From an uncultured Acidimicrobiaceae bacterium (lineage in GTDB: Bacteria; Actinomycetota; Acidimicrobiia; Acidimicrobiales; Bog-793): a stretch of 64,000 bases of DNA. The translations under genes were made by a program, and so were the position numbers. Position 1 is the stretch's first letter. Each line of letters opens with the position of its first letter. The stretch is taken from contig CAVSHA010000002.1 of assembly GCA_963727645.1 (NCBI GenBank), forward strand, positions 9,368-73,367. The letters run 5' to 3'. The notes beneath the pieces are model-generated. The model worked only from the letters and a program-made list of their open reading frames with translations. It was not told where the DNA came from and searched no databases. Of this stretch, positions 39,388 through 51,841 are shown one piece after another.

Positions 39388-39914
39388 GACTTGCCCCGAT
39401 TCTGGTCGAGCCACGACTGCAGGAGCACAGTCGCGGCCACGGCATCGATTCCGATCCGACGTGCCCGAGAGTGGGCGTTCGGCCGCGCCGACCGGCTTGG
39501 CCGAGTCTTTCCCGTCCGGGAGCGGGCTTGCTCACCGCCGTCGTCTCCGACCTGTTCTCGAGGAAGACGGCGCCGGCGGGCCGCTTCGACAGTCGTCAGG
39601 CGCTCATCATGTAACACGACGGGGACTTCCAGCTCCGCTTCGAGCGCCGAGGCTTCGGCGACTGCCGCCGACGCAGCCGGGCCCCGATCCCCCGCCAGCG
39701 TCAGCGGGAGACCGACGACGACAAGACCGGCGCCGAACTCCGACACGAGCGCGGCAATCGCACGACGGTCTGCGGTCGGTTCGCCGCATCTAGTGATCAC
39801 CGAGCACGGAGTCGCGAGCACACGTTGCGAATCGCTCACCGACACGCCGATACGCCGTTCCCCAAGATCGATGCCGACTACCGCGTTCCCGGCGCAGTGC
39901 CCGTCATCGCGCAA
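39384..39914 (-). CDS. ruvX: Holliday junction resolvase-like / pre-16S rRNA nuclease RuvX (YqgF), as sequenced fused in frame to alaS
   Basis: AVVGIDLGERRIGVSVSD...VVVGLPL...VVLHDERLTTVEA...IDAVAATVLLQSWL. A possible own start is TTG 39914. There is no in-frame stop between it and alaS. Confidence 0.7.
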   Translation of the reverse strand: MRDDGHCAGNAVVGIDLGERRIGVSVSDSQRVLATPCSVITRCGEPTADRRAIAALVSEFGAGLVVVGLPLTLAGDRGPAASAAVAEASALEAELEVPVVLHDERLTTVEAARRRRLPREQVGDDGGEQARSRTGKTRPSRSARPNAHSRARRIGIDAVAATVLLQSWLDQNRGKS

Positions 39915-42691
<2,777 letters not shown>

Positions 42692-42695
<4 letters not shown>

Positions 42696-44105
42696 TTCTC
42701 CTTCGCGCTGCCCGTCTGCCCGAGCTCTGTTGAACCTCGTTCGCCACGCCGTGCCCTCCAGCGCTCGGCGAGCGCCTTTTCGGCACCATGTTCCGAAGGG
42801 TCGTAGTAGCGGCGCCCGACGAGCTCCTCGGGCAGGTAGACAGCTTCGACGAACCCTCGCGGGTCATCGTGAGGATACTCGTAGCCCACACCGTGGCCGA
42901 GTGCCTCGAGCTCCGCGATAGTGAGCGTCTCGAAGCTCCGGCGGTACCGCTCCCAAGGGACGCTCCCGGACGTCAGCCTGGGCCGCCCACCACCCGAGCG
43001 CGGCGCGGTTCGACTTCGGGGCCAGCGCGAGATGAACGACCGCCTGCGCAAGGTTCAGTCCCGCCTCCGGCAGCCCGACGAATTCGACGGCCTGGGCCGC
43101 CGCAGTGGCGATCCCGAGCGCGTGGGGATCGGCCATCCCGACGTCCTCGCTGGCGAGGATCACCAGGCGCCGTGCCACAAAGCGCGGATCTTCGCCGGCC
43201 TCGATGAGGCGCGCCATCCAGTAGAGGCCGGCGTCGGGATCCGAGCCTCGCAAGCTCTTGATGAGAGCCGAGATGAGGTCGTAGTGCTCCTCGCGCCCGT
43301 GGCGGAAGGCCCGTGTCTCGCGGGCGCCTTCGATGTCTTCCATCGTGATCGTGGGCAGCAACCCAGAGGCAGCACCCGGTTGCGACGCCGCGCTCCGGGC
43401 TCGACCCCGTGCGAGGGCCATCGCCACTTCCAAGGTGGTCAGCACTGCCCGGGCGTCGCCTTCGGCCAGGTCGACCAGGCGCGACAGCGCATCCGGATCG
43501 GCCTCGAAGCCCTCGACGCGCAGGGCACGCTCGGCAAGCTCGCGAAGGTCCGCCGGCGTGAGGGCCTCGAATCGCCAGAGCGTCGATCGACTGAGCAGGG
43601 GAGCGTTGAGCGCGAAGAACGGGTTCTCGGTCGTCGCACCCACCAGGACGATCACTCCCTCCTCGACCCCGGATAAGAGCGCGTCCTGCTGAGCCTTGTT
43701 GAAACGGTGGACCTCATCGAGGAACAGGATCGTCCCGCGGCCTTCTGCCCCAAGCGCACGGCGAGCGTCGTCGAGCTCGTTACGCACGTCCTTCACCCCG
43801 GCGTCGACCGCGGAGAGTGCTCTGAACCGGCGCTCTGTGTACTCTGCGAGCAGGCGCGCCACGGTCGTCTTGCCTGTGCCGGGAGGTCCGAAGAACACCG
43901 CGGAGCTCAGTCGGTCATCCTCGACCAGGGCACGCAGCGGCGCGCCGGGACCCAGGAGATGGCGTTGACCGACCACCTCGTCCAGCCGTGTAGGACGCAG
44001 ACGGGCCGCCAACGGTGCCCGCACCTTGAGCTCGTCCGCGGCGGCGACATCGAACAGGTCCAGCGGGCGGTTGCTGCCCGGTCGGCTGGGCGGGCTCGGC
44101 GTCAC
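42692..44105 (-). pseudogene. rarA: replication-associated recombination protein A (RarA/MgsA), frame shift near 42903-42916
   Basis: The 413-aa ORF has FFGPPGTGKTT, ILFLDEVHRFNK and GATTENP, and ends ...VPPELRDAHYRGA followed by junk. The true C-terminus, ...LGHGVGYEYPHDDPRGFVEAVYLPEEL..., is in ORF 42692..43051. Confidence 0.88.
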
Positions 44106-45997
44106 GCTCCGCTCGTGCCCGACGCGCCCCGCGACCCGGTCGCGCCGGTCGCCTCCGACGATCCTGACGACCCCGCCGCGCCGGTCGCCTCCGACGACAC
44201 TGACGACCCCGCCGCGCCGGTGACAGAGGACCCGGTCACGTGAGGCGAGACAACCCGGATGCCGAGCTCCGCCAAGACCCTGGCAGTGAGCGGCTTGGGC
44301 GCGCCCGACATCAGGTCGGCTCCGGACTGGGTCTTGGGGTACGCGATCACCTCACGGATGTTGTCCTCACCAGCCAGCAGCGCCACAAACCGATCCAGGC
44401 CGACTGCGAAGCCACCGTGGGGTGGCGCGCCGTAACGGAACGCGCCGAGAAGAAAGCCGAAACGGGACTCTGCGTCCTCATCTGATATCCCGAGCGTCTT
44501 GAAGACGCGACGCTGGATGTCCGCCCGGTGGATCCGGATGCTCCCCGACCCCAGCTCCCAGCCGTTCAACACCAGGTCGTAGCTTTGTGAGCGCACGACC
44601 ATGGGATCGGTGTCGAGAAGGTCGAGGTCGTCGGGATGCGGCATCGTGAACGGGTGGTGCGCCGCGACCGGATGCCCGTCGTCGTCCCTGCCCTCGAAGA
44701 GCGGGAACTCAGTGATCCACACGAAGCGGAGCGGCCGCTCGCTGATAGCCGGCTGACCCAGGTCAAGGCGCAGCTGGCCCAGCACCTTGCATGTCGGTGC
44801 CCGCTCGCCGGCGACGATTAACACGAGATCACCCGGCTCGGCGGCGGTCGCGTCCACAATCTGGCACCGATGAGCCTCGGAGAGGAACTTGACGACCGGT
44901 GACTCCAGAACGCGTCCGGCTCGCACTCGCATCCACACCAGGCCCGCCGCCCCGAGCTGCTGGGCGCGCCCGACAAGCCCGTCAAGCCGGCTTCGGGGCC
45001 ACTCGCCCGCTTCCGGCCCCGGCACGCGGATGGCCCGCACACAGGCCGCCTTGAAGGCATTGAACTCCGTGCCGGCGACGGCCTCGTTCAGATCGACCAG
45101 CTCCATCCCGAACCGCAGGTCCGGCTTGTCGGTCCCGAACCTGTCGAGGGCCTCGTCCCATGTCATCGTGTCGATCGCGGGTGGCCGCTCACCGGTTGCC
45201 GAGAACGCCGCTTCGGTCACCGCCTCGCTCACAAAGTCGAGAACCTCCGCCTGACCGACGAAGGACGCCTCGATGTCGAGCTGGGTGAACTCGAACTGGC
45301 GGTCCGCCCGCAGGTCCTCGTCCCTCATGCAGCGCGCGATCTGGTAGTAGCGGTCAAGGCCGCCAACCATGAGCAGCTGCTTGGCGATCTGAGGGCTTTG
45401 CGGCAACACGTAGAACGAGCCGCGTTGCAGCCGCGACGGGATCGCGAACTCTCGTGCCCCCTCGGGTGTCGGCGTCCAGAGCATCGGGGTCTCGACCTCT
45501 ACGAATCCCTGGCGTTCCATGGCCCTGCGCAGAGCGCTGTTGACCTGCGAACGCAGCCTCAGGTTGTGCTGCATGCGGTCGGTGCGAAGGTCGAGGTACC
45601 GATAGCGCAGCCGCACCGCCTCGTCGGTCTCCGATCGAGCGTCGAGCGAGAACGGTGGGGACTCCGCGCCCGAGAGCACCTCGACTTCGCACTCGCCCAG
45701 CTCGACCTCGCCGGTCGACAGCCCGGGGTTCACCTTGTCCTCCGGGCGGAGCCGCACGGTCCCCGTCACGCGGAGGACCTGCTCTGGTCGCAGGTCGCGC
45801 GCACCGTCGACGACACATTGGATGATCCCGGTGTGGTCGCGGAGATCCGCGAACGCAAGGTGCTCGCCGTGCTCGCGCCGGCGTGCAAGCCAGCCGCAAA
45901 CGCTGACTGTCCTGCCTGCATCTGCAGCTCGCAACGCACCGCAGTATGCAGTGCGGAGCCCTGCTGGGACCAACGACTCCTCGGTTGTCGAGCTCAT
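44102..45997 (-). CDS. aspS: aspartate--tRNA ligase with repeat-encoded C-terminal tail
   Basis: 631 aa with an OB-fold N-terminus, FYVLPQSPQIAKQLLMVGG, QLDIE, GSGSIRIH and GGFAVGLDR. Confidence 0.92.
   Translation of the reverse strand: MSSTTEESLVPAGLRTAYCGALRAADAGRTVSVCGWLARRREHGEHLAFADLRDHTGIIQCVVDGARDLRPEQVLRVTGTVRLRPEDKVNPGLSTGEVELGECEVEVLSGAESPPFSLDARSETDEAVRLRYRYLDLRTDRMQHNLRLRSQVNSALRRAMERQGFVEVETPMLWTPTPEGAREFAIPSRLQRGSFYVLPQSPQIAKQLLMVGGLDRYYQIARCMRDEDLRADRQFEFTQLDIEASFVGQAEVLDFVSEAVTEAAFSATGERPPAIDTMTWDEALDRFGTDKPDLRFGMELVDLNEAVAGTEFNAFKAACVRAIRVPGPEAGEWPRSRLDGLVGRAQQLGAAGLVWMRVRAGRVLESPVVKFLSEAHRCQIVDATAAEPGDLVLIVAGERAPTCKVLGQLRLDLGQPAISERPLRFVWITEFPLFEGRDDDGHPVAAHHPFTMPHPDDLDLLDTDPMVVRSQSYDLVLNGWELGSGSIRIHRADIQRRVFKTLGISDEDAESRFGFLLGAFRYGAPPHGGFAVGLDRFVALLAGEDNIREVIAYPKTQSGADLMSGAPKPLTARVLAELGIRVVSPHVTGSSVTGAAGSSVSSEATGAAGSSGSSEATGATGSRGASGTSGA
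44141..44225. repeat. 36-bp tandem repeat (2 copies plus a partial) in the aspS 3' end
   Basis: cgcgccggtcgcctccgacgatcctgacgaccccgc (44141-44176) and cgcgccggtcgcctccgacgacactgacgaccccgc (44177-44212), then a partial copy. It encodes the G/S/A/T-rich tail. Confidence 0.8.
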
Positions 45998-47262
45998 GGC
46001 GACCTCGTGATCTGGCCAAGACGCTCCGCAAGCGCGTCACGGGCCACTTTCTCTTGCAAGTGCGCGCCGCCGCCGCGCAGCACCCGGATGGTGACCAGGC
46101 CTGCCGCGAGCTCCTCTTCACCCACTATGCAGGCCACTCTGGCACCCGAACGGTCGGCCGCCTTCAGTTGCGCCTTCATGGAGCGCCCGTCGAACGCCCG
46201 GTCGACGGCCAGGCCGGCAGTCCTCAACTCGTGGGTGAGCGCGAGCGCGATCCCCTCGCCGGTCGCGTCGACGACGAACGCATCGAGAGGCCCGCTGAGC
46301 CGCAAGTCGCCGACGGACAGAACGCCCTCGGCGTCACACGCGAGCAGGATCCGCTCGATGCCGGCGCCGAAACCCACTCCGGAGACGTCCGGGCCCCCGA
46401 GGGCGGCGACCAACCCGTCGTAGCGACCGCCCCCGCCGACCCCTTCGAGGACTTCCGAGCCGTACTCGAAGGTGGTCCGGGTGTAGTAGTCGAGGCCCCG
46501 GACGAGGTAGTCATCCCGCTCGTAGCCGATCCCCAGCCGGTCGAGGCCGGCGAGGACATCGGCGAAATGGCGTCGACAGCCATCACACAACTCGTCACGC
46601 ATCTTCGGCGCCCCGTTGCTCACCTTCCGGCATTCGGGGCGCTTGCAGTCGAAGACCCGCAGGGGGTTCACGGCCCACTTGTAGCGGTGCTCGTCGCACA
46701 GCTCGTCGGCGTGCGATTCCAGATATCCCGACAGCCTGTCTCGGTAGCCCGGAGCGCACGTCTTGTCGCCGAGGGAATTGACCCTCAGTCGCAGCGACGA
46801 CAAGCCGAGGTTCTCGTACAGCCCGGCCAGCAGTGAGATCACTTCCACGTCGGCCATCGGATCGTCGGTGCCGAGGATCTCGACACCAAGCTGGTGATGC
46901 TGCCGGAACCGTCCCGCCTGAGGACGCTCGTAGCGAAACATGGGCGCCGCGTACCAGGCCTTGAAAGGCGGCACGGGTGAGTGCTGCACATAGGCGCGAA
47001 CTACCGATGCCGTGCCTTCTGGACGCAGCGCTATGTCACGGCCTCCACGGTCGGTGAACTCGTACATCTCCTTTGTGACCACGTCGGACGAGTCTCCCGA
47101 GCTCCGGCGGAACACGTCCGCGTCCTCGAAGCCCGGGCTGACGACAAGGCCGAAACCGAACCTCTGGGCCAGAACGGCGAAACGCCCCACGAGCTCAGAC
47201 CAACGCGCGCTCTCCGGAGCGAGAATGTCCTGAGTTCCCTTGGGGGACTGGAAGCGGGTCAC
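45994..47262 (-). CDS. hisS: histidine--tRNA ligase
   Basis: 422 aa, PKGTQD..., LRPEGTASVVRAY, YYTRTTFE, GGGRYDGL. Confidence 0.92.
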   Translation of the reverse strand: MTRFQSPKGTQDILAPESARWSELVGRFAVLAQRFGFGLVVSPGFEDADVFRRSSGDSSDVVTKEMYEFTDRGGRDIALRPEGTASVVRAYVQHSPVPPFKAWYAAPMFRYERPQAGRFRQHHQLGVEILGTDDPMADVEVISLLAGLYENLGLSSLRLRVNSLGDKTCAPGYRDRLSGYLESHADELCDEHRYKWAVNPLRVFDCKRPECRKVSNGAPKMRDELCDGCRRHFADVLAGLDRLGIGYERDDYLVRGLDYYTRTTFEYGSEVLEGVGGGGRYDGLVAALGGPDVSGVGFGAGIERILLACDAEGVLSVGDLRLSGPLDAFVVDATGEGIALALTHELRTAGLAVDRAFDGRSMKAQLKAADRSGARVACIVGEEELAAGLVTIRVLRGGGAHLQEKVARDALAERLGQITRSP

Positions 47263-49586
47263 CCGCCGGCCGGTGCGAGGGCACCGCTCCTCCCGGGGAC
47301 GAGCCGGTAGGCGTCATAGACACTGTCGAGCAGCCTGAGATTCTCGAGGAGCGAGCCGAGATGCTCGGGGTCAGCGAGCTCGAATTCGAAGCGCATGCGG
47401 CTCACCCTATCCGGCGTCGTGTGTGTCGACGAGGAGATGATGCTCACGTGGTGCTCTGAAAGCACCTTGGCGACATCGGCGAGCAGCCGGTTGCGGTCCA
47501 GCGCCTTCACCTCGATCGCGGCGACGAAGACTCCTGTGCGGTCCTCGTCCCATTCCACTTCGATCAGACGCTCCTTCTCGTCAGCCGCGAGGGCGATGGC
47601 GTTCGCGCAGTCCTCCCGGTGCACCGACACTCCCCGACCGCGCGTCACAAATCCGATAACCCGGTCCCCCGGCACCGGCGTACAGCATCGCGACAACCGG
47701 ACCATCACATCGTCAAGGCCCTCGACGTAGATGCCCGTCGAGACGCGACGGTGACTTGGCCTGCGGGGCTGCAACGCAGTCGAGGGCAGCTGCTCCTCGC
47801 TCTCGCCCCCACGAAGCTCCCGCTCGATGCGCTGCACGAGCGCCTGTCCCGAGACGTGGCCTTCGCCGATCGCGGCATGCAGCGAGTCCAGATCCGAATA
47901 GCCCATGGACGCCGCTACGGCTACAAGTGCGGGCGAGCTCTGCAGCTTCTGGACCGGCAACCCGCCACGCCTGAGCGCTCGCGCCAACTCCTCGCGCCCG
48001 GTCTCGATCGCGTCCTCGCGGCGCTCTCGGGAGAACCACTGCCGGATCTTGTTTCGGGCACGCGGCGAGGTGACGATCTGCAGCCAGTCGCGCGACGGGC
48101 CGGCCGAGGGAGTCTTGGAGGTCACGATCTCGACCGTGTCGCCCGAGTGCAGCTTTGAGTCGAGTGGGAGCAGACGCCCATTGACACGCGCTCCGACGCA
48201 GCGGTGCCCGACCTCAGTGTGGATCGCATAGGCAAAGTCGACCGGTGTCGCGCCCGCAGGCAAGGTCACGATCAAGCCCTTCGGCGTGAACACGTACACC
48301 TCGTCCTGCTCGAGGTCGATCTTGAGCGTCTCCAGGAATTCCACAGGATCGGGGGTTTCCCGCTCCCAGTCGACGATCCGCTGCAGCCACGCAATCTCGT
48401 CTGTCGAACGCGCGCCGCGCGGGGCCCCCGGCCTGCCGGCCGCGCCGGGCTTGCCGGAGCCTCCTTCCTTGTAGCCCCAGTGCGCGGCGATACCGTACTC
48501 GGCGCGCCGGTGCATCTCTTGCGTCCGGATCTGGATCTCCAGGGGCTTGACGCCGGGGCCGACGACGGTGGTGTGCAAGGACTGGTAGAGATTGAACTTC
48601 GGTGAGTTGATGTAGTCCTTGAACCGGCCCTGCACCGGGGGCCACAAAGCGTGCACCGTCCCGAGCGCCGCCCAGCAGTCCTTCTCGGCTGTCACGACCA
48701 CGCGGATCGCCACGAGATCGTGGATCTCGTCGAACTCCTTTCCCCGCACAACCATCTTCTCGTAGATGCTCCACAGGTTCTTCGGCCGGCCGGTGACCTC
48801 CGCTTCGATGCCGGCCGCGCCAAGTCGGGAACGCACGACCGCGAGGACCTCGGCGAGCTCGACCTCACGCCGCGGGGCGCGGGCGGCGACCATCTGAGCA
48901 ATCTCGGCGAACCGCTTGGGATGAAGGGTCTCGAAGGCGAGATCCTCCAACTGCCATTTCACCTCCTGGATGCCCAGGCGATGCGCCAGGGGGGCGTAGA
49001 TGTCCCGGGTCTCCTCGGCGGTGCGGCGCTGCTTCCATTCGGGCATCACCGACAACGTCCGCATGTTGTGGAGCCGGTCCGCAAGCTTGATGACCAGCAC
49101 CCTCCAGTCGCTGGCCATCGCGACAAGCATCTTGCGCATCGTGGCGGCCTGCTGCGCCTCTTTCGAATCGAAACGCAGCCGGTCCAACTTCGTGACACCG
49201 TCCACGATCGCCGCCACCGCCGGACCGAATTCCTTCTCGATCTGCTCGAGGGTCACCCCGGTGTCCTCCACCGCGTCGTGCAACAACGCCGCGGCGGCAC
49301 TGACGGTGTCCAGGCCGAGATCGGCGATGATCGTGGCGACGGCTACCGGATGGGTGATGTACGGCTCGCCGGAGAGCCGGTGCTGACCCTCGTGAGCCTT
49401 GGTCGCCAAGGCGTGCGCAGACCTCACCAGATCGAGGTCCTCGCCACTACGCCGAGCGCTGAGAGTCGACAAGATGCCATCGACCTCGCAGGTAGGCGGC
49501 GGGATAAGGGCCCGGGCAGGGTTCTCAGGGGACGCCTCAGCCGGCTCGCCAGTCGACCCGGGCAACACAGGATCGACCACGGACAT
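47259..49586 (-). CDS. relA: bifunctional (p)ppGpp synthetase/hydrolase Rel
   Basis: 775 aa with an HD hydrolase domain (HPVAVA...LLHDAVEDT), a synthetase domain (...YQSLHTTV...EIQIRT), and TGS and ACT regions. Confidence 0.92.
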   Translation of the reverse strand: MSVVDPVLPGSTGEPAEASPENPARALIPPPTCEVDGILSTLSARRSGEDLDLVRSAHALATKAHEGQHRLSGEPYITHPVAVATIIADLGLDTVSAAAALLHDAVEDTGVTLEQIEKEFGPAVAAIVDGVTKLDRLRFDSKEAQQAATMRKMLVAMASDWRVLVIKLADRLHNMRTLSVMPEWKQRRTAEETRDIYAPLAHRLGIQEVKWQLEDLAFETLHPKRFAEIAQMVAARAPRREVELAEVLAVVRSRLGAAGIEAEVTGRPKNLWSIYEKMVVRGKEFDEIHDLVAIRVVVTAEKDCWAALGTVHALWPPVQGRFKDYINSPKFNLYQSLHTTVVGPGVKPLEIQIRTQEMHRRAEYGIAAHWGYKEGGSGKPGAAGRPGAPRGARSTDEIAWLQRIVDWERETPDPVEFLETLKIDLEQDEVYVFTPKGLIVTLPAGATPVDFAYAIHTEVGHRCVGARVNGRLLPLDSKLHSGDTVEIVTSKTPSAGPSRDWLQIVTSPRARNKIRQWFSRERREDAIETGREELARALRRGGLPVQKLQSSPALVAVAASMGYSDLDSLHAAIGEGHVSGQALVQRIERELRGGESEEQLPSTALQPRRPSHRRVSTGIYVEGLDDVMVRLSRCCTPVPGDRVIGFVTRGRGVSVHREDCANAIALAADEKERLIEVEWDEDRTGVFVAAIEVKALDRNRLLADVAKVLSEHHVSIISSSTHTTPDRVSRMRFEFELADPEHLGSLLENLRLLDSVYDAYRLVPGRSGALAPAGG

Positions 49587-49732
49587 AAGACAAATCTACC
49601 TGTTGAGAGCGACTGGACCAGCCTGTTCGCGCCGAGTGGGCGGTCGGCCGCGCCCACACCCCAACTAAGCTCGCTGCTCGAACCTGTGACGAATCCAAAG
49701 CCTCTGACAACTCCAGCACAGAGAGCCGCCTG

Positions 49733-50383
49733 GTGAGCACCACACCGGATCTCGGGCTCGACCTCGAGGAACGGCTCGGGCCACCTCCAGCCCGCCGCGC
49801 CCAGCCACCATCGCTCCGGCCTGCCCTCGTGGTCCTCGCATGCGCGGCGGTCCTGTCGTTTGGTGGGTTCGCGATTGCCCTTATCGGCAGCGGTCAGGCA
49901 GCCCCGCCGACTGTCACCGGCCTCGGGACGCCAGTGCCCGGCGTGAACCTCTCGGCAGTTGGCGCATCACAGGTGCTCGCTCGCATCTCGAGCGGTGGCG
50001 CGCCGCCCAGCGACGTCCTCGAGGCAGTGGTCGTACCCGATGGCGCGCGGATCGTCAGCACGACCTCGCAGGACGCGAGCGTGGACCAGTACGACCGGAG
50101 CATCTACCTCCAGGTCGACACCAGCTCCGCCGAGCTCGTCAAATTCTACCGAACCGAGCTGAGGCGAGCCCATTGGTCGTTCCTCGGTACCTTCCCATTG
50201 CCCAGCGGAGGAACCGAGCTCCTCGCCCAGCGGGCCGGGTCCGACGGCTACGAATGGGAGGTCGGCGTCGTGGTCACGACCGTCAATCCCTCGATCTCGC
50301 CTTCGCTCGCCGGTGACGGACAGAGCTCGCCCGTCATGGGTCTCAGACTTCGGCTGTTCGAGGTCCCCGATGGCGGTTCTTGA
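49733..50383 (+). CDS. hypothetical membrane-anchored protein
   Basis: 216-aa ORF with one N-terminal TM segment (ALVVLACAAVLSFGGFAIALIG) and a soluble domain. No family recognised. Confidence 0.5.
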   Translation: MSTTPDLGLDLEERLGPPPARRAQPPSLRPALVVLACAAVLSFGGFAIALIGSGQAAPPTVTGLGTPVPGVNLSAVGASQVLARISSGGAPPSDVLEAVVVPDGARIVSTTSQDASVDQYDRSIYLQVDTSSAELVKFYRTELRRAHWSFLGTFPLPSGGTELLAQRAGSDGYEWEVGVVVTTVNPSISPSLAGDGQSSPVMGLRLRLFEVPDGGS

Positions 50384-51684
50384 ATCTGCTCAAGACCTTC
50401 GTACCCGTCCGCGATTCGTGGGACGCATTGACCCAGCAGAACGGCCCAGGTGAGCAAGTCGAGCGGGTAGATGAGGTACCCGAAGCGCGTTGCCGGGGCG
50501 AGAAGTGTGGCTAGCAGCATGGCGAGACCGCTGAAGCCTGCCGCGCTCTTCGGGCTCGACGGCAGCCACTTCAACAGGCCGTAGCCCACGGCGCCGAGGC
50601 CCATGAGCGCAAGGATCGTGATCAGCTCCGGCTTGGCCGCCGGGAACAGCGTCACCAGCTCCTGACCGAGGAGAGGGCTGGCCGCGGGCGATTTCACCCT
50701 CGTGAGCCCGAGCGGGAACCTGATCGCGTTCAGGATGAACGCGTGCGGGGCGAGGCCGACGCCAACGCCGAGGACGGGGACCACGACCGCCGCGGCCGCC
50801 GACAAGTACCGCCAGACGGCACGACGCCCTTGACGGTCCCACTCGCCCAGGACGAGCAGGATCAGCAATGGCCATGCGGTGAACTTGAGAGTGCCGGCGA
50901 GCCCCATCACCAACCCGGACCAGACCGGTCTTCGGCGGGTCGCCAGAGCGAGACCAAGCAGCATCAGAGCGATCACCGGAAGGTCGTCGCCTCCGGTCAC
51001 CATCGGCAGGGCTCCGCTCGGCAGGATCACGACTACCTGGAAGATGCGCCAGCGCCGTTTGGAGGTCGTCTCCGCGATGAGAAGCGCCCCTGCGATGACG
51101 ATCAGGGAGAAACCCGTGAGGGGCAGCCGGGCATCCTTGAACTCCGGTGGCCCTGATGTGGCATTGACGAGGCCGAAGGGGATCATGCCCGGCAGGTAGG
51201 GAAAGAAGGAATTCTCCGACTGGCTCGTCACCGATGTGCCGATGGACTTCGGGTTGGACAGGTAACAGTTCTTGTCGTGCGCGACTCGATCCGCACAGGC
51301 CTCTATCACCGTCACCTCGTTCTGCACGTGCGCGCCCGGCTTCGACTCAGCACGGAGCACCACCTCAACGGCGAGCGGCACCAGCACGACCGTGACGAGC
51401 AGCCCGAGCACGAGATAGCGCCGCAACAGGTCTCCTGCCCTGCCAGTTTCCCCACCGGCGCGCCTGGCGCGGCGGCGGCTCACCCACCAGCTGATGACCG
51501 CCGCGACGAGGTAGGGGCCGAGCGCCATTTCCGCCCACTGGCGGTAGTCGTCGCTGACGGCCAAGACGATCGTTCCCGACGCGAAGATCGTCGCGAGCAG
51601 ATAGAGCAGGGCATCCTGCTCGAGCGCCGAGAGTGCGACGAGACGGTCACGCCAGCGAAGCAAACTGCCCGTGACCGCTGCCAT
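50248..51684 (-). CDS. polytopic membrane glycosyltransferase, GT87/DUF2029-like
   Basis: 478-aa ORF from ATG 51684 with many TM segments and a loop pattern like mycobacterial alpha-(1,2)-mannosyltransferases. The 3' end overlaps the convergent gene by about 135 nt, so the true stop is uncertain. Confidence 0.55.
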   Translation of the reverse strand: MAAVTGSLLRWRDRLVALSALEQDALLYLLATIFASGTIVLAVSDDYRQWAEMALGPYLVAAVISWWVSRRRARRAGGETGRAGDLLRRYLVLGLLVTVVLVPLAVEVVLRAESKPGAHVQNEVTVIEACADRVAHDKNCYLSNPKSIGTSVTSQSENSFFPYLPGMIPFGLVNATSGPPEFKDARLPLTGFSLIVIAGALLIAETTSKRRWRIFQVVVILPSGALPMVTGGDDLPVIALMLLGLALATRRRPVWSGLVMGLAGTLKFTAWPLLILLVLGEWDRQGRRAVWRYLSAAAAVVVPVLGVGVGLAPHAFILNAIRFPLGLTRVKSPAASPLLGQELVTLFPAAKPELITILALMGLGAVGYGLLKWLPSSPKSAAGFSGLAMLLATLLAPATRFGYLIYPLDLLTWAVLLGQCVPRIADGYEGLEQIQEPPSGTSNSRSLRPMTGELCPSPASEGEIEGLTVVTTTPTSHS

Positions 51685-51724
51685 TCTTCAGAGCGTACCG
51701 GGCCAGTAACCTCCCGCGGCGAGC

Positions 51725-51819
51725 GTGCGACGCCACCGGCATCGACATGGGCGACGTGCGACGCCACCGGCATCGACATGGGCGAGCGCGTGCGACGCCA
51801 CCGGCATCGACATGGGCGA
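51725..51819. repeat. three perfect 30-bp direct repeats separated by 1 and 4 nt
   Basis: gtgcgacgccaccggcatcgacatgggcga occurs at 51725-51754, 51756-51785 and 51790-51819. It is intergenic, 40-135 nt upstream of the GT87-like gene start. Confidence 0.95.
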
Positions 51820-51841
51820 GCCGTACGGGCCCGGCAGCACC

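Noticed and set aside
51725-51819. Three identical 30-bp repeats considered as a CRISPR array
   Set aside because: Spacers are only 1 and 4 nt, there are no cas genes, and the repeat has no palindromic arms. It is a tandem repeat, not a CRISPR.
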